NCBI GenBank assembly: GCA_963717065.1
Contig: CAVQVC010000001.1
Location: forward strand, 1,681,001-1,745,000
Direction of reading: 5' to 3'
Source of the DNA: an uncultured Chloroflexia bacterium
Lineage (GTDB): Bacteria; Chloroflexota; Dehalococcoidia; SM23-28-2; RBG-16-64-32
Length of the DNA stretch: 64,000 bases
Shown: one piece after another, positions 41,848-49,737 of the stretch
Layout of the letters: the number at the start of each line of letters is the position of its first letter
Position numbering within the stretch: the stretch's first letter is position 1
The notes under the pieces: generated by a model
What the model saw: only the letters and a program-made list of their open reading frames with translations
Told to the model about the DNA's origin: nothing
The model's database searches: none
Position numbers and translations under genes: made by a program

Positions 41848-44298
41848 TTGACTGAACTCATCGGCCAGGACAGCGCCCTTCGCGCGCTGCAGTTCGGCCT
41901 CGGCATCGATAAGCCGGGCTACAACGTCTTCGTCACCGGGCTCACTGGCACGGGCAAATCGACGGCCATACTCGAGTACCTCAAACGCTCGCTTGCTGAT
42001 CGCAAGGGGGACAGCACGCACTCGCCCACCGATGACTGGTGTTATGTCTACAACTTCAAGGACCCGGACAAGCCGAACGCGATCTGCCTGCCTGCAGGAA
42101 GGGGCCGACAGCTACGCGTCGCGCTCGAAGAGCTCCTTGTCACGGTGCGCGCGAACATAGCCCGCGCCTTCACGAGCGAGCAATACGAGGAACAACGACG
42201 CACAGTCCTTGAATTGGGTCAGAAGGAAGCGCAGACCATCATCGACGAGGCGCAGCGCGAAGCTTCTGCTGCGGCGTTTTCTCTTAGCTTCTCACCGATG
42301 GGCGTGACCGTGCTTCCGATACGGGAAGGCCAGGTGCTGACTCCGGAGCAGTATGCAGCTCTTCCGGCTGAAGAACGCACCGCCATCGAAGCCCGCCAGC
42401 GGGAATTGTCCGGGCGCATTGCAGAAGTCGCACAGCACTTGCGAGCCATCGAGAGGCAGGTTGCCGCGCAGTTGCGCGAACTGGATCAGGGCGTCGTGAA
42501 AGCCGTGATGGCGGGGCCCTTCGAAGCAATCATCGAACATCACCGCGAGGACGGCGAAGTGCCGGAGTTCCTCCAGGATCTCCAGGACTTCATGGTCAAC
42601 AACATCTACTTGCTCCGGGAGCAGGAGGGGCAACCTCCGCAACCTTTGGGACTTCCCGGAGCTGGTCAGCCCGACCCTTTCCTCGCCTTCAGAGTCAATC
42701 TCTTCGTCGACAATGCCGACGCCGACGGTCCGCCGATTGTCCTTGAGCCCAATCCGAGCTGGACGAACCTCTTCGGTCGGATCGACCGAAAGGCCTTCCT
42801 GGGCACTTACGTTAGCGATCACACACTCCTCAAACCAGGAGCGGTGCAAAAGGCCAACGGCGGTTATCTCGTCCTCAACCTTGTCGATGTCATGACGAAA
42901 CCCGGCGCGTGGGATGGGCTCAAGCGCTTGATCCGCACAAAGGAAGTCCGCCTGGAAGACCCGATGGAGCAATACGGTCTGCTGACCCCGCAGACCCTTC
43001 GGCCGGAACCGATTCCGGTCGACATGAAGCTGATCATCACGGGTGACCCAATGGCCTACTTCCTCTTGACGTCGTATGACGAAGAGTTCTGGGAGATGTT
43101 CAAGGTCAAGGCAGACTTCGACTTCCAGATCGCGCGCACGCCAGAGAACACGCTTGCCTACGCCGGGTTCGTCTGCGCTGTTTGCCAGAGGGAAGGACTA
43201 CGGCATTTCGACCGGACTGCCGTAGCCAGACTCGTTGAGCAGGGCAGCCGTAGCGTCGACGACCAGGAGAAACTTTCTGCGCGGTTCGGGCGCCTGCGCG
43301 ACGTTGTTGTCGAAGCCGACTATTGGGCTCGCCAGGACAACGCGGAACTGGTTCGCGACGAACACGTCGAGAAGGCGATCAACGAACGGGTCTATCGTCT
43401 GAACCTGGTCGAGGAGCGCCTTCGCGAGATGATCGCGCGCGGTACGCTGATGGTAGACACGCAGGGATCCGTCGTCGGTCAGGTCAACGGCCTGGCTGTC
43501 CTGGACTACGGAGAGATTAGCTTTGGACGGCCGTCGCGAATTACCGCCCGAACGTTTCTCGGCCAGCGAGGCGTCGTCAGCATCGACCGTGAGTCACAAC
43601 TAAGCGGGAAGATCCATGACAAAGGGGTGCTTACGCTGAGCGGTTATCTGGGCTGGAAATACGCGCAGGACAAGCCGCTCTCGCTTTCAGCTAGCATTTC
43701 ATTTGAGCAGGGCTACGATGCCATCGAGGGCGACAGCGCTTCACTCGCCGAGTTGTGCGCCGTTTTGTCCAGCCTCGCCGAAGTCCCTATCAAGCAGGAC
43801 CTTGCGATGACTGGCTCGGTTAATCAGCGCGGCGAGGTGCAGCCAATAGGCGGGGCCAACCAGAAGACTGAAGGGTTCTACGACGTCTGTCGCGCGACCG
43901 GCTTGAGCGGTTCTCATGGCGTCATCATTCCAGAGCGCAACCGGCACAACCTGATGCTTCGGCAGGATGTCGTGGATTCGGTTGAACGAGGGGAATTCCG
44001 CGTATTATCCGTCAGCAGCGTGGACGAGGCGCTAGAGGCCCTCACGGGAATCGAGGCTGGAGAGCGGCAAGAAGATGGAACTTACCCGGAAGGAACCGTC
44101 CATTACCTCGTAGACAAGCGTCTTCGCGAAATGGGTGAGGCGATGCGCCACTTCGGACGACGCACCCGGGACGGAGCTACTCCTGATAAGCCTGAGGAAG
44201 AGCCGGCCCTCGCCCTCACATCTGACGAAAACGACACTGTCGAAAACGACGGAAACGAACCAAACGGCGATAAAGACAGCGCTACGAGTGAGACGTAA
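41848..44298 (+). CDS. Lon-like ATP-dependent protease with a ~300-aa insertion in the AAA+ module (COG1067-type)
   Basis: Walker A GLTGTGKST, a long helical insertion, GGYLVLNLVD, and a protease domain with GDSAS and GGANQKTEGF. The conserved-looking N-terminus (LEDLRRRQDPAEFQFDCTEDLTPL) continues upstream of TTG 41848 with no in-frame ATG/GTG/TTG. Confidence 0.85.
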   Translation: MTELIGQDSALRALQFGLGIDKPGYNVFVTGLTGTGKSTAILEYLKRSLADRKGDSTHSPTDDWCYVYNFKDPDKPNAICLPAGRGRQLRVALEELLVTVRANIARAFTSEQYEEQRRTVLELGQKEAQTIIDEAQREASAAAFSLSFSPMGVTVLPIREGQVLTPEQYAALPAEERTAIEARQRELSGRIAEVAQHLRAIERQVAAQLRELDQGVVKAVMAGPFEAIIEHHREDGEVPEFLQDLQDFMVNNIYLLREQEGQPPQPLGLPGAGQPDPFLAFRVNLFVDNADADGPPIVLEPNPSWTNLFGRIDRKAFLGTYVSDHTLLKPGAVQKANGGYLVLNLVDVMTKPGAWDGLKRLIRTKEVRLEDPMEQYGLLTPQTLRPEPIPVDMKLIITGDPMAYFLLTSYDEEFWEMFKVKADFDFQIARTPENTLAYAGFVCAVCQREGLRHFDRTAVARLVEQGSRSVDDQEKLSARFGRLRDVVVEADYWARQDNAELVRDEHVEKAINERVYRLNLVEERLREMIARGTLMVDTQGSVVGQVNGLAVLDYGEISFGRPSRITARTFLGQRGVVSIDRESQLSGKIHDKGVLTLSGYLGWKYAQDKPLSLSASISFEQGYDAIEGDSASLAELCAVLSSLAEVPIKQDLAMTGSVNQRGEVQPIGGANQKTEGFYDVCRATGLSGSHGVIIPERNRHNLMLRQDVVDSVERGEFRVLSVSSVDEALEALTGIEAGERQEDGTYPEGTVHYLVDKRLREMGEAMRHFGRRTRDGATPDKPEEEPALALTSDENDTVENDGNEPNGDKDSATSET

Positions 44299-44403
44299 CG
44301 CCCGAAACTCGCGTATCCTAGAGACACGCACCCGACGGTGGAGGCGATGTCTCTGCTCGTCTATGCGCGGCCGAGGGAGCCGCTGCCGCAGAACTGAGGA
44401 ACA

Positions 44404-45393
44404 ATGGTATATCAGCTTACGAACCCGTGGACGAGCGCCGGTCGCGAGATCGCGATCCAGAAAAGTGTCGGCGAAGTCTACCGACGCTACTTCGAACGAG
44501 GCCCAAAGTGGATCGCCAAACACCTACCGCAGCGCGCGGAGATGGCACAGTACGGCGCGATGGTCAGCCCGGAATCCAAGGAAATCCTGCGTGGCGACTT
44601 CGGTGTAGAGTCGTTCATCGAAGACTACGCACTTTGGGCAACTTACGCGTCCGGAGAGAGCGTCTCAACCGGCCAGATCTACCTCAAGTGGGTTTCCGAT
44701 GAAACGCGGCACGGGCGTGCCCTCTGGTACTCCCTGGTAGACTCCGGCCTCTACACACAATCGCAGATGGACGAATACTACTACGAGTGCAGCCAGGACT
44801 GCTGGACGTTCGAGCGCCAAACCGGCCACGAGCCCACCCCAGAACGCGGCGCTGCGTACGCCATCGCCCAGGAGCGACAGACGAAGCGCAACTATCAGAA
44901 CATCCAGAAGCGCCTCTGGGAAGAGTACGGTAGTCCACAGGACAACAACGGGCGTCCTGTCTATCCGGCGATCGCGGGTGTTACCCGCCTGTTGGCCTCG
45001 GACGAGGGTTTCCACGAGGGAGTGTTCCGAGAGATAACTCGGGTATACCTGCACTACTGGCCGGACAAGGCAATCCAGGCTATGTGGGACGTCTACGAGC
45101 GCTACCGCATGCCGATCGTGAAGCTTCCCAACGCCGAGGCGTTCATCGACGCGGTCCTTTCCACCGGCGTCGATTCCCATCGTTCAGTTATCACCGAGGT
45201 TCTTAACCCAACATATGGTGCTATGGGCCTGGAGAATCGCGCTGCCCTCAAACGGGCCGCCCGCGAAAGCTGGGACCTCCCCGATGGAGCCATACTCCTG
45301 ATCGGCGACGATGCGTGCGAACTCCCTGAGGGCGCCACTGCCTACAAGATGAACCCCAACGGGGCGCTCACGCCTGCGGCAATCGCCTCGTAG
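44404..45393 (+). CDS. ferritin-like di-iron protein, acyl-ACP desaturase family-like
   Basis: Two ExxH motifs (SDETRHG; SDEGFHEG) plus the intervening AQERQT, with spacing reminiscent of soluble acyl-ACP desaturases. GAGGAA RBS. Confidence 0.65.
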   Translation: MVYQLTNPWTSAGREIAIQKSVGEVYRRYFERGPKWIAKHLPQRAEMAQYGAMVSPESKEILRGDFGVESFIEDYALWATYASGESVSTGQIYLKWVSDETRHGRALWYSLVDSGLYTQSQMDEYYYECSQDCWTFERQTGHEPTPERGAAYAIAQERQTKRNYQNIQKRLWEEYGSPQDNNGRPVYPAIAGVTRLLASDEGFHEGVFREITRVYLHYWPDKAIQAMWDVYERYRMPIVKLPNAEAFIDAVLSTGVDSHRSVITEVLNPTYGAMGLENRAALKRAARESWDLPDGAILLIGDDACELPEGATAYKMNPNGALTPAAIAS

Positions 45394-45406
45394 TCTCAGG
45401 ACAGCC

Positions 45407-45871
45407 GTGACGGGCCAGGTTTTCGTTCGCCCGTTGGCTCCCGAAGACATTCCCTCGTGCGAGGAGATCTTAAGAGGTCTCCCCGACTGGTTCGGAATCG
45501 AAGAATCCAACGCACAATACATCCGCGACCTGGAGACGCTCTCCAGCCTGGTTGCGACCACTGATGGAGTGGTAGTCGCTTTTCTATCGCTGCGCCACCA
45601 CACGCCCGTCGCCAGCGAGATCCACGTACTGGCAGTGCGCCTCGATCTCCACAGGCGGGGGATCGGCGCCGCTCTGATTCATCGGGCAGCGGAGGAGCTA
45701 AGGGGAAAGGCCCGGCTGCTCCAGGTAAAGACCCTCGGACCATCCCACCCAGACGAAGGATACAGTCAGACTCACGCGTTCTACGAGGCCCTTGGGTTTA
45801 TCCCCCTGGAAGAGACGACCGCATTTTGGGGCGATGCCAATCCTACGCTGATACTCGTGAAGCCACTCTGA
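45407..45871 (+). CDS. GNAT-family N-acetyltransferase
   Basis: IHVLAVRLDLHRRGIGAALI (acetyl-CoA binding Q/RxxGxG/A) and a C-terminal FYEALGF. Confidence 0.8.
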   Translation: MTGQVFVRPLAPEDIPSCEEILRGLPDWFGIEESNAQYIRDLETLSSLVATTDGVVVAFLSLRHHTPVASEIHVLAVRLDLHRRGIGAALIHRAAEELRGKARLLQVKTLGPSHPDEGYSQTHAFYEALGFIPLEETTAFWGDANPTLILVKPL

Positions 45872-45884
45872 GGCAGAGTTCCCG

Positions 45885-46199
45885 TTACTGTATCCGCACC
45901 ACCGGAGTCGCCGTACTCCAGAGCCCTTCGAGGTCGTAATATGCGCGTTCTTCCGGCGCGAACAGGTGCAGGATCACGTCTCCGTAATCGAGCAGTACCC
46001 ACCCTGATTCCGGCTCCCCTTCCCGGCCGATCAGCGTTGGGTTGTCCTGCTTGAGAACCTGCTCCACCGCCTCCAACGCCGCTTCCATTTGCCGGCCGCT
46101 GCCGGCGCTGGCGATCACAAAATAATCGGCGAAGGACGCCACGTTGCGGATGTCCAGCAACAGGATGTCCTCCGCCTGTTTTTCCGAGAGCGCGTCCAC
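45885..46199 (-). CDS. rsfS: ribosome silencing factor RsfS
   Basis: DALSEKQAEDILLLDIRNVASFADYFVIASAGSGRQMEA...WVLLDYGDVILHLF. The conserved-looking residues QLARKIV lie upstream of GTG 46199 without a canonical in-frame start. Confidence 0.85.
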   Translation of the reverse strand: MDALSEKQAEDILLLDIRNVASFADYFVIASAGSGRQMEAALEAVEQVLKQDNPTLIGREGEPESGWVLLDYGDVILHLFAPEERAYYDLEGLWSTATPVVRIQ

Positions 46200-46291
46200 G
46201 ATCTTACGCGCCAGTTGGTCGCCCTGCAGAACCTCTGCTTCCTCTCAATTCTTCCTGTTGCCGTTGCCCCCGATGATAACATGGAACAGCC

Positions 46292-47365
46292 ATGACTAAT
46301 CGCGTCGTTGTCGCCATGTCCGGTGGCGTTGATTCCTCGGTAGCCGCTGCGCTGCTCATTGAGCAGGGATACGACGTCATGGGAGTGACGATGCGCCTCT
46401 GGACGGTGGAAGATGCACTGGCCGGACGCCACCACAAGCGGTGCTGCTCCGTAGAAGACACCGACGTCGCGCGCGCGGCTGCCGACGCGCTGGGAATCCG
46501 CCACTATGTCCTGAACATGGAACGTGAGTTCGCCGAAGGCGTCGTTGATCGCTTCGTCGAGGAGTACACGCTCGGACGCACCCCAAACCCCTGCCTATCC
46601 TGCAACGAGCACGTCAAGTTCCGGCCGTTAATGGAGCACGCGATCGCACTTGGCGCCGACTACCTCGCCACCGGTCATTATGCGAGAGTTCGAAGAAATG
46701 GCGACCGGTTTGACCTGCAACGCGCTATCGACCCTTCCAAGGATCAGTCTTACGTCCTCTACACTCTCGGTCAAAGGGAACTCTCTCGCACCCTTTTTCC
46801 TGTGGGCGAGTACCCGAAGGCTGAGATACGCGAGATCGCCCGACGACACAAGCTTCCAAACGCCGATAAGCCCGACTCAGCGGACATTTGCTTCATACCA
46901 TCGGGAGACTATCGAGCTTTCGTACGAGACCGCATTCAGCCAGCGCCAGGCGACATTGTGGCTAGCGACGGCGGCTGGATGGGCCGACACGACGGCATCA
47001 TTGACTACACAGTGGGCCAACGCAAGCGTGTACCGGCTCGCGGTGGCGACGAGCCCTTGTTCGTCCTTAATGTTGATGCCGGGACCAATACAGTGGTCGT
47101 TGGTCCCCACGATGAGCTTATGGCTGACGGCTTGATCGCCGACGACCTCCGCTTCTGTGATGGCGAGCCTCCGGCAACTCCCATAGACATTCAGGCGCGC
47201 ATTCGGTATCGGAGTGAGGCTGTGCCGTCAGAGCTTCGCCTGAGCGACACTTGCGCCGAGGTGCGTTTCGAGCGCCCGCAACGCGCCGTAACCCCCGGAC
47301 AGGCGGTGGTACTTTACGACGGCGAGCGGGTGCTGGGTGGCGGCACAATCACGTCTCGGCTCTAG
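46292..47365 (+). CDS. mnmA: tRNA 2-thiouridine(34) synthase
   Basis: VVVAMSGGVDSSVAAALL (PP-loop), CCS, NPCLSCN, ATGHYA and KDQSYVL. Confidence 0.95.
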   Translation: MTNRVVVAMSGGVDSSVAAALLIEQGYDVMGVTMRLWTVEDALAGRHHKRCCSVEDTDVARAAADALGIRHYVLNMEREFAEGVVDRFVEEYTLGRTPNPCLSCNEHVKFRPLMEHAIALGADYLATGHYARVRRNGDRFDLQRAIDPSKDQSYVLYTLGQRELSRTLFPVGEYPKAEIREIARRHKLPNADKPDSADICFIPSGDYRAFVRDRIQPAPGDIVASDGGWMGRHDGIIDYTVGQRKRVPARGGDEPLFVLNVDAGTNTVVVGPHDELMADGLIADDLRFCDGEPPATPIDIQARIRYRSEAVPSELRLSDTCAEVRFERPQRAVTPGQAVVLYDGERVLGGGTITSRL

Positions 47366-47492
47366 AGACTCGCTCCGTCCCCTTCCAGCACATCGCTTTC
47401 CCCATCCAGGCGTTTCTGTGGTATATAAGAGAACGCCGGTTTCGCACCGTGGTGCCCCGGACGCTTGCCCCGCATTAGGAGGAACGCCTGCA

Positions 47493-47831
47493 ATGGAGAT
47501 CGGTTGGATCGATACTCCCGAAGACTGGACCATGGTCTTCATCATGGCCTACTGCGCGGCAGGCACGGTCACGTTTCTTGCAGCTATAGTCTTTACCGTC
47601 GTCGCCGGATATCTTAGCTCGGCAACGCTGGTTAAGACGCGCAGCGTGGTCACCGATAACCTTGCCCCTGCGTTGGAGAACGTGAGGGAAACCACGTCGA
47701 CGGTGCGCGGCACCGTCTCGTTCGTCTCTGACACCACCGTGAAGCCAATAGTGAGGGTCTACAGCACGTATGCCGGCGCGCGGCAGTTCATGACCGTTCT
47801 GGTGCGGCTCGCGCGCAGACAGGGAGGGTAG
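47493..47831 (+). CDS. DUF948-like membrane-anchored protein (hypothetical)
   Basis: N-terminal TM (MVFIMAYCAAGTVTFLAAIVFTVVAGYL) followed by a helical region. It sits directly upstream of a YtxH-like gene, a pairing I recall from other genomes. Confidence 0.5.
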   Translation: MEIGWIDTPEDWTMVFIMAYCAAGTVTFLAAIVFTVVAGYLSSATLVKTRSVVTDNLAPALENVRETTSTVRGTVSFVSDTTVKPIVRVYSTYAGARQFMTVLVRLARRQGG

Positions 47832-47835
47832 CCAG

Positions 47836-48174
47836 ATGAAGTTCGTAATCGGAGTCGTCCTGGGATTCGGCGTGGGCCTGGCCGGGGCCATCCTGTTCGC
47901 TCCCGAGAAGCGCCGCAGCGCATCAGCCTTTCCAGCCGGGCACCCGGCCCAATCGATAAACGGTAACCAGAGCGGTCTCCGCGGAGCGCTCCGCTCCCTG
48001 CAGGACCACGTCAACGAGGCCTGGGAAGAGGCGCGCGTAGCCGCTGAAAAGGCGGAGCAAGACATGATGGCACGCTACCGCGAAACCGTCAACGAGGTAG
48101 AGAAGGAGACGAGGGAAGCGGCGGGAGCCGGGGCTGGCAAGGCCCCCGAGCGCGCACCTGCCAAGAGCAAATAA
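47836..48174 (+). CDS. YtxH-domain protein
   Basis: MKFVIGVVLGFGVGLAGAILFAPEKRR is a Gly-zipper N-terminus typical of YtxH, followed by a charged helical tail. Confidence 0.6.
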   Translation: MKFVIGVVLGFGVGLAGAILFAPEKRRSASAFPAGHPAQSINGNQSGLRGALRSLQDHVNEAWEEARVAAEKAEQDMMARYRETVNEVEKETREAAGAGAGKAPERAPAKSK

Positions 48175-48216
48175 CGCCCGGGTTGGCCGACCCCGAATGC
48201 TATCATAGAATCCCGT

Positions 48217-48307
48217 GGAGGGGTGCCGGAGTGGTTGATCGGGGCGGTCTCGAAAACCGTTGTGCGTCTTTGGCGTACCGTGGGTTCGAATCCCACCCCC
48301 TCCGCCA
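48217..48307 (+). tRNA. tRNA-Ser (anticodon CGA), CCA encoded
   Basis: Hand-folded. Acceptor GGAGGGG/CCCCTCC. Anticodon stem GCGGT/ACCGT with loop CTCGAAA. Long variable arm. T-arm GTGGG-TTCGAAT-CCCAC. Ends G-CCA. Confidence 0.9.
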
Positions 48308-48322
48308 GCAAGCGCGTTTCCC

Positions 48323-48410
48323 GGAGGGGTGCCAGAGTGGACGATTGGGCACGCCTGGAGAGCGTGTGTACCTTCGGGTACCGTGGGTTCGAATCCCACC
48401 CCCTCCGCCA
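48323..48410 (+). tRNA. tRNA-Ser (anticodon GGA), CCA encoded
   Basis: Same acceptor and T-arm as the previous gene. Anticodon stem CACGC/GCGTG with loop CTGGAGA. Variable arm GTACC-TTCG-GGTAC. Confidence 0.9.
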
Positions 48411-48428
48411 ATCCATCCGGGCAAGAAA

Positions 48429-48947
48429 TTACTCGGCGTCTGGAAACGAATCGCCCATGGCACCCCGCGCCCGTTCGACGCGCGGGATAAGCAGGTTGCA
48501 GATCTGCCTGATGTGGAGCAGGTCGTGATACGCGAAGTGATTCACCTGGTCAGCGGCCGTGATTCGCCCCGCGACTTCGTGCCGCCCGGATCTGGCGAAC
48601 GCACCCGCGGGTAATGACTTGAGCCAACTCACCGCCTGGGCGCGCTCATCGGCGAATCGATCCAGTAGTTCGTTCAATCGTCGTTCGCGGTACCCGGAGT
48701 CCTGGAGCGCCGCCTCCTCGTCAATGTTCGGAACCGTAGGATCCTCCCCTTCAACGATGAGACGAACCCTTTGAATGAGTGCAGGCTCTTGCACGGACAG
48801 AATGTGGGCGACCACGTCCCTCGGTGACCATCCCTCCGCTCCGGGGTCAGTCGTCACTTCATCTGGAAGGTGGGCCAGTAGCGCCCTCAAGGTGCCGGGC
48901 GTGGACTCCAGTATCTCGAAAGTGGACACCGCGAGCTCCTCGGTCAT
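48429..48947 (-). CDS. DinB-family protein
   Basis: WSPRDVVAHILSVQE...NHFAYHDLLHIRQI, His-rich four-helix DinB pattern. Confidence 0.75.
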   Translation of the reverse strand: MTEELAVSTFEILESTPGTLRALLAHLPDEVTTDPGAEGWSPRDVVAHILSVQEPALIQRVRLIVEGEDPTVPNIDEEAALQDSGYRERRLNELLDRFADERAQAVSWLKSLPAGAFARSGRHEVAGRITAADQVNHFAYHDLLHIRQICNLLIPRVERARGAMGDSFPDAE

Positions 48948-48974
48948 CGTCGTCCTCCTTGCCTCTAGTGTCGC

Positions 48975-49664
48975 CTACTCGGTTTCACCCGCGCGTTGCT
49001 CACGCTCGGCTTGCTGGGCCTCTTCCTCTTCGCGCTGTTCGCGCTCCTCATCGGTCTCAGCCAGATCTATCGCACCATCGTCGCTCGTGCGGAGAACCGC
49101 CTGGAGCTTCGTTCCCAACGAGCCGTAACGATCGCCACCGAGGTAGTGAAGGGGCCGGTACTCGATATCCTCCACCGACCAGGTCTCATCGAAAGCTTCG
49201 GGCTCCACCTGCACAGCCAGCGCGCGTCCGACGAACAACGTGTGGTCGCCAAATCGGAACGAATCCTGGACACCGCACTCGATCCATCCAACACATCCCT
49301 CGATGAGAGGCGCCGAGACCTGCTCCGCCTTAAACGTGTTGAGCCTGGCGTTCTGCAGTTTATCGACCTCCGTACCCGAGACTGTGCCCAGGTAGTGCGT
49401 ATGGTTGAGCATGTCGCGAGCCGGGAAGTTGAGCGCAAACTCCTCGGAGTAACGGATCATGTCGTGGGTGTGGCGGGCAGGGTTTACGACAAGGCCGATC
49501 AGGGGAGGCACCCGCGAAAGCGGCGTTATCCAGATTGCGGGCATGACGTCCGTCTGGTCGCGCCAGCGGGTAGTCACCAGGGCCACCGGACCTCCCCCAA
49601 GCAATCGAGCGGCATCCGTGGGTTCGAGAAAACGTGCCATGGCCGTGATTATCCCACGGCGCAT
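48975..49664 (-). CDS. flavin reductase-like (FMN-binding split-barrel) protein with an acidic C-terminal tail
   Basis: GPVALVTTRWRDQTDVMPAIWITPLS...EFALNF...GDHTLFVGRALAV, then EREQREEEEAQQAEREQ. Alternative ATG at 49640. Confidence 0.8.
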   Translation of the reverse strand: MRRGIITAMARFLEPTDAARLLGGGPVALVTTRWRDQTDVMPAIWITPLSRVPPLIGLVVNPARHTHDMIRYSEEFALNFPARDMLNHTHYLGTVSGTEVDKLQNARLNTFKAEQVSAPLIEGCVGWIECGVQDSFRFGDHTLFVGRALAVQVEPEAFDETWSVEDIEYRPLHYLGGDRYGSLGTKLQAVLRTSDDGAIDLAETDEEREQREEEEAQQAEREQRAGETE

Positions 49665-49737
49665 TCTCGTGTCCCACTATCGAGTCTGCACACGCTCCTG
49701 CTACAATCGCCATCACCATTCCGAAGGAGACAGCATA

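Noticed and set aside
41848-44298. Lon-like protease as the BrxL component of a BREX defence system
   Set aside because: No other BREX genes (PglX methyltransferase, PglZ, BrxA/B/C) are anywhere nearby. The neighbours are ndk and a desaturase-like gene. The architecture fits the general COG1067 Lon-like family.
48217-48410. Tandem tRNA-Ser genes with identical acceptor and T arms as a possible integration hotspot
   Set aside because: No partial tRNA duplicate, integrase or foreign-looking DNA is found on either side. This is an ordinary isoacceptor pair.
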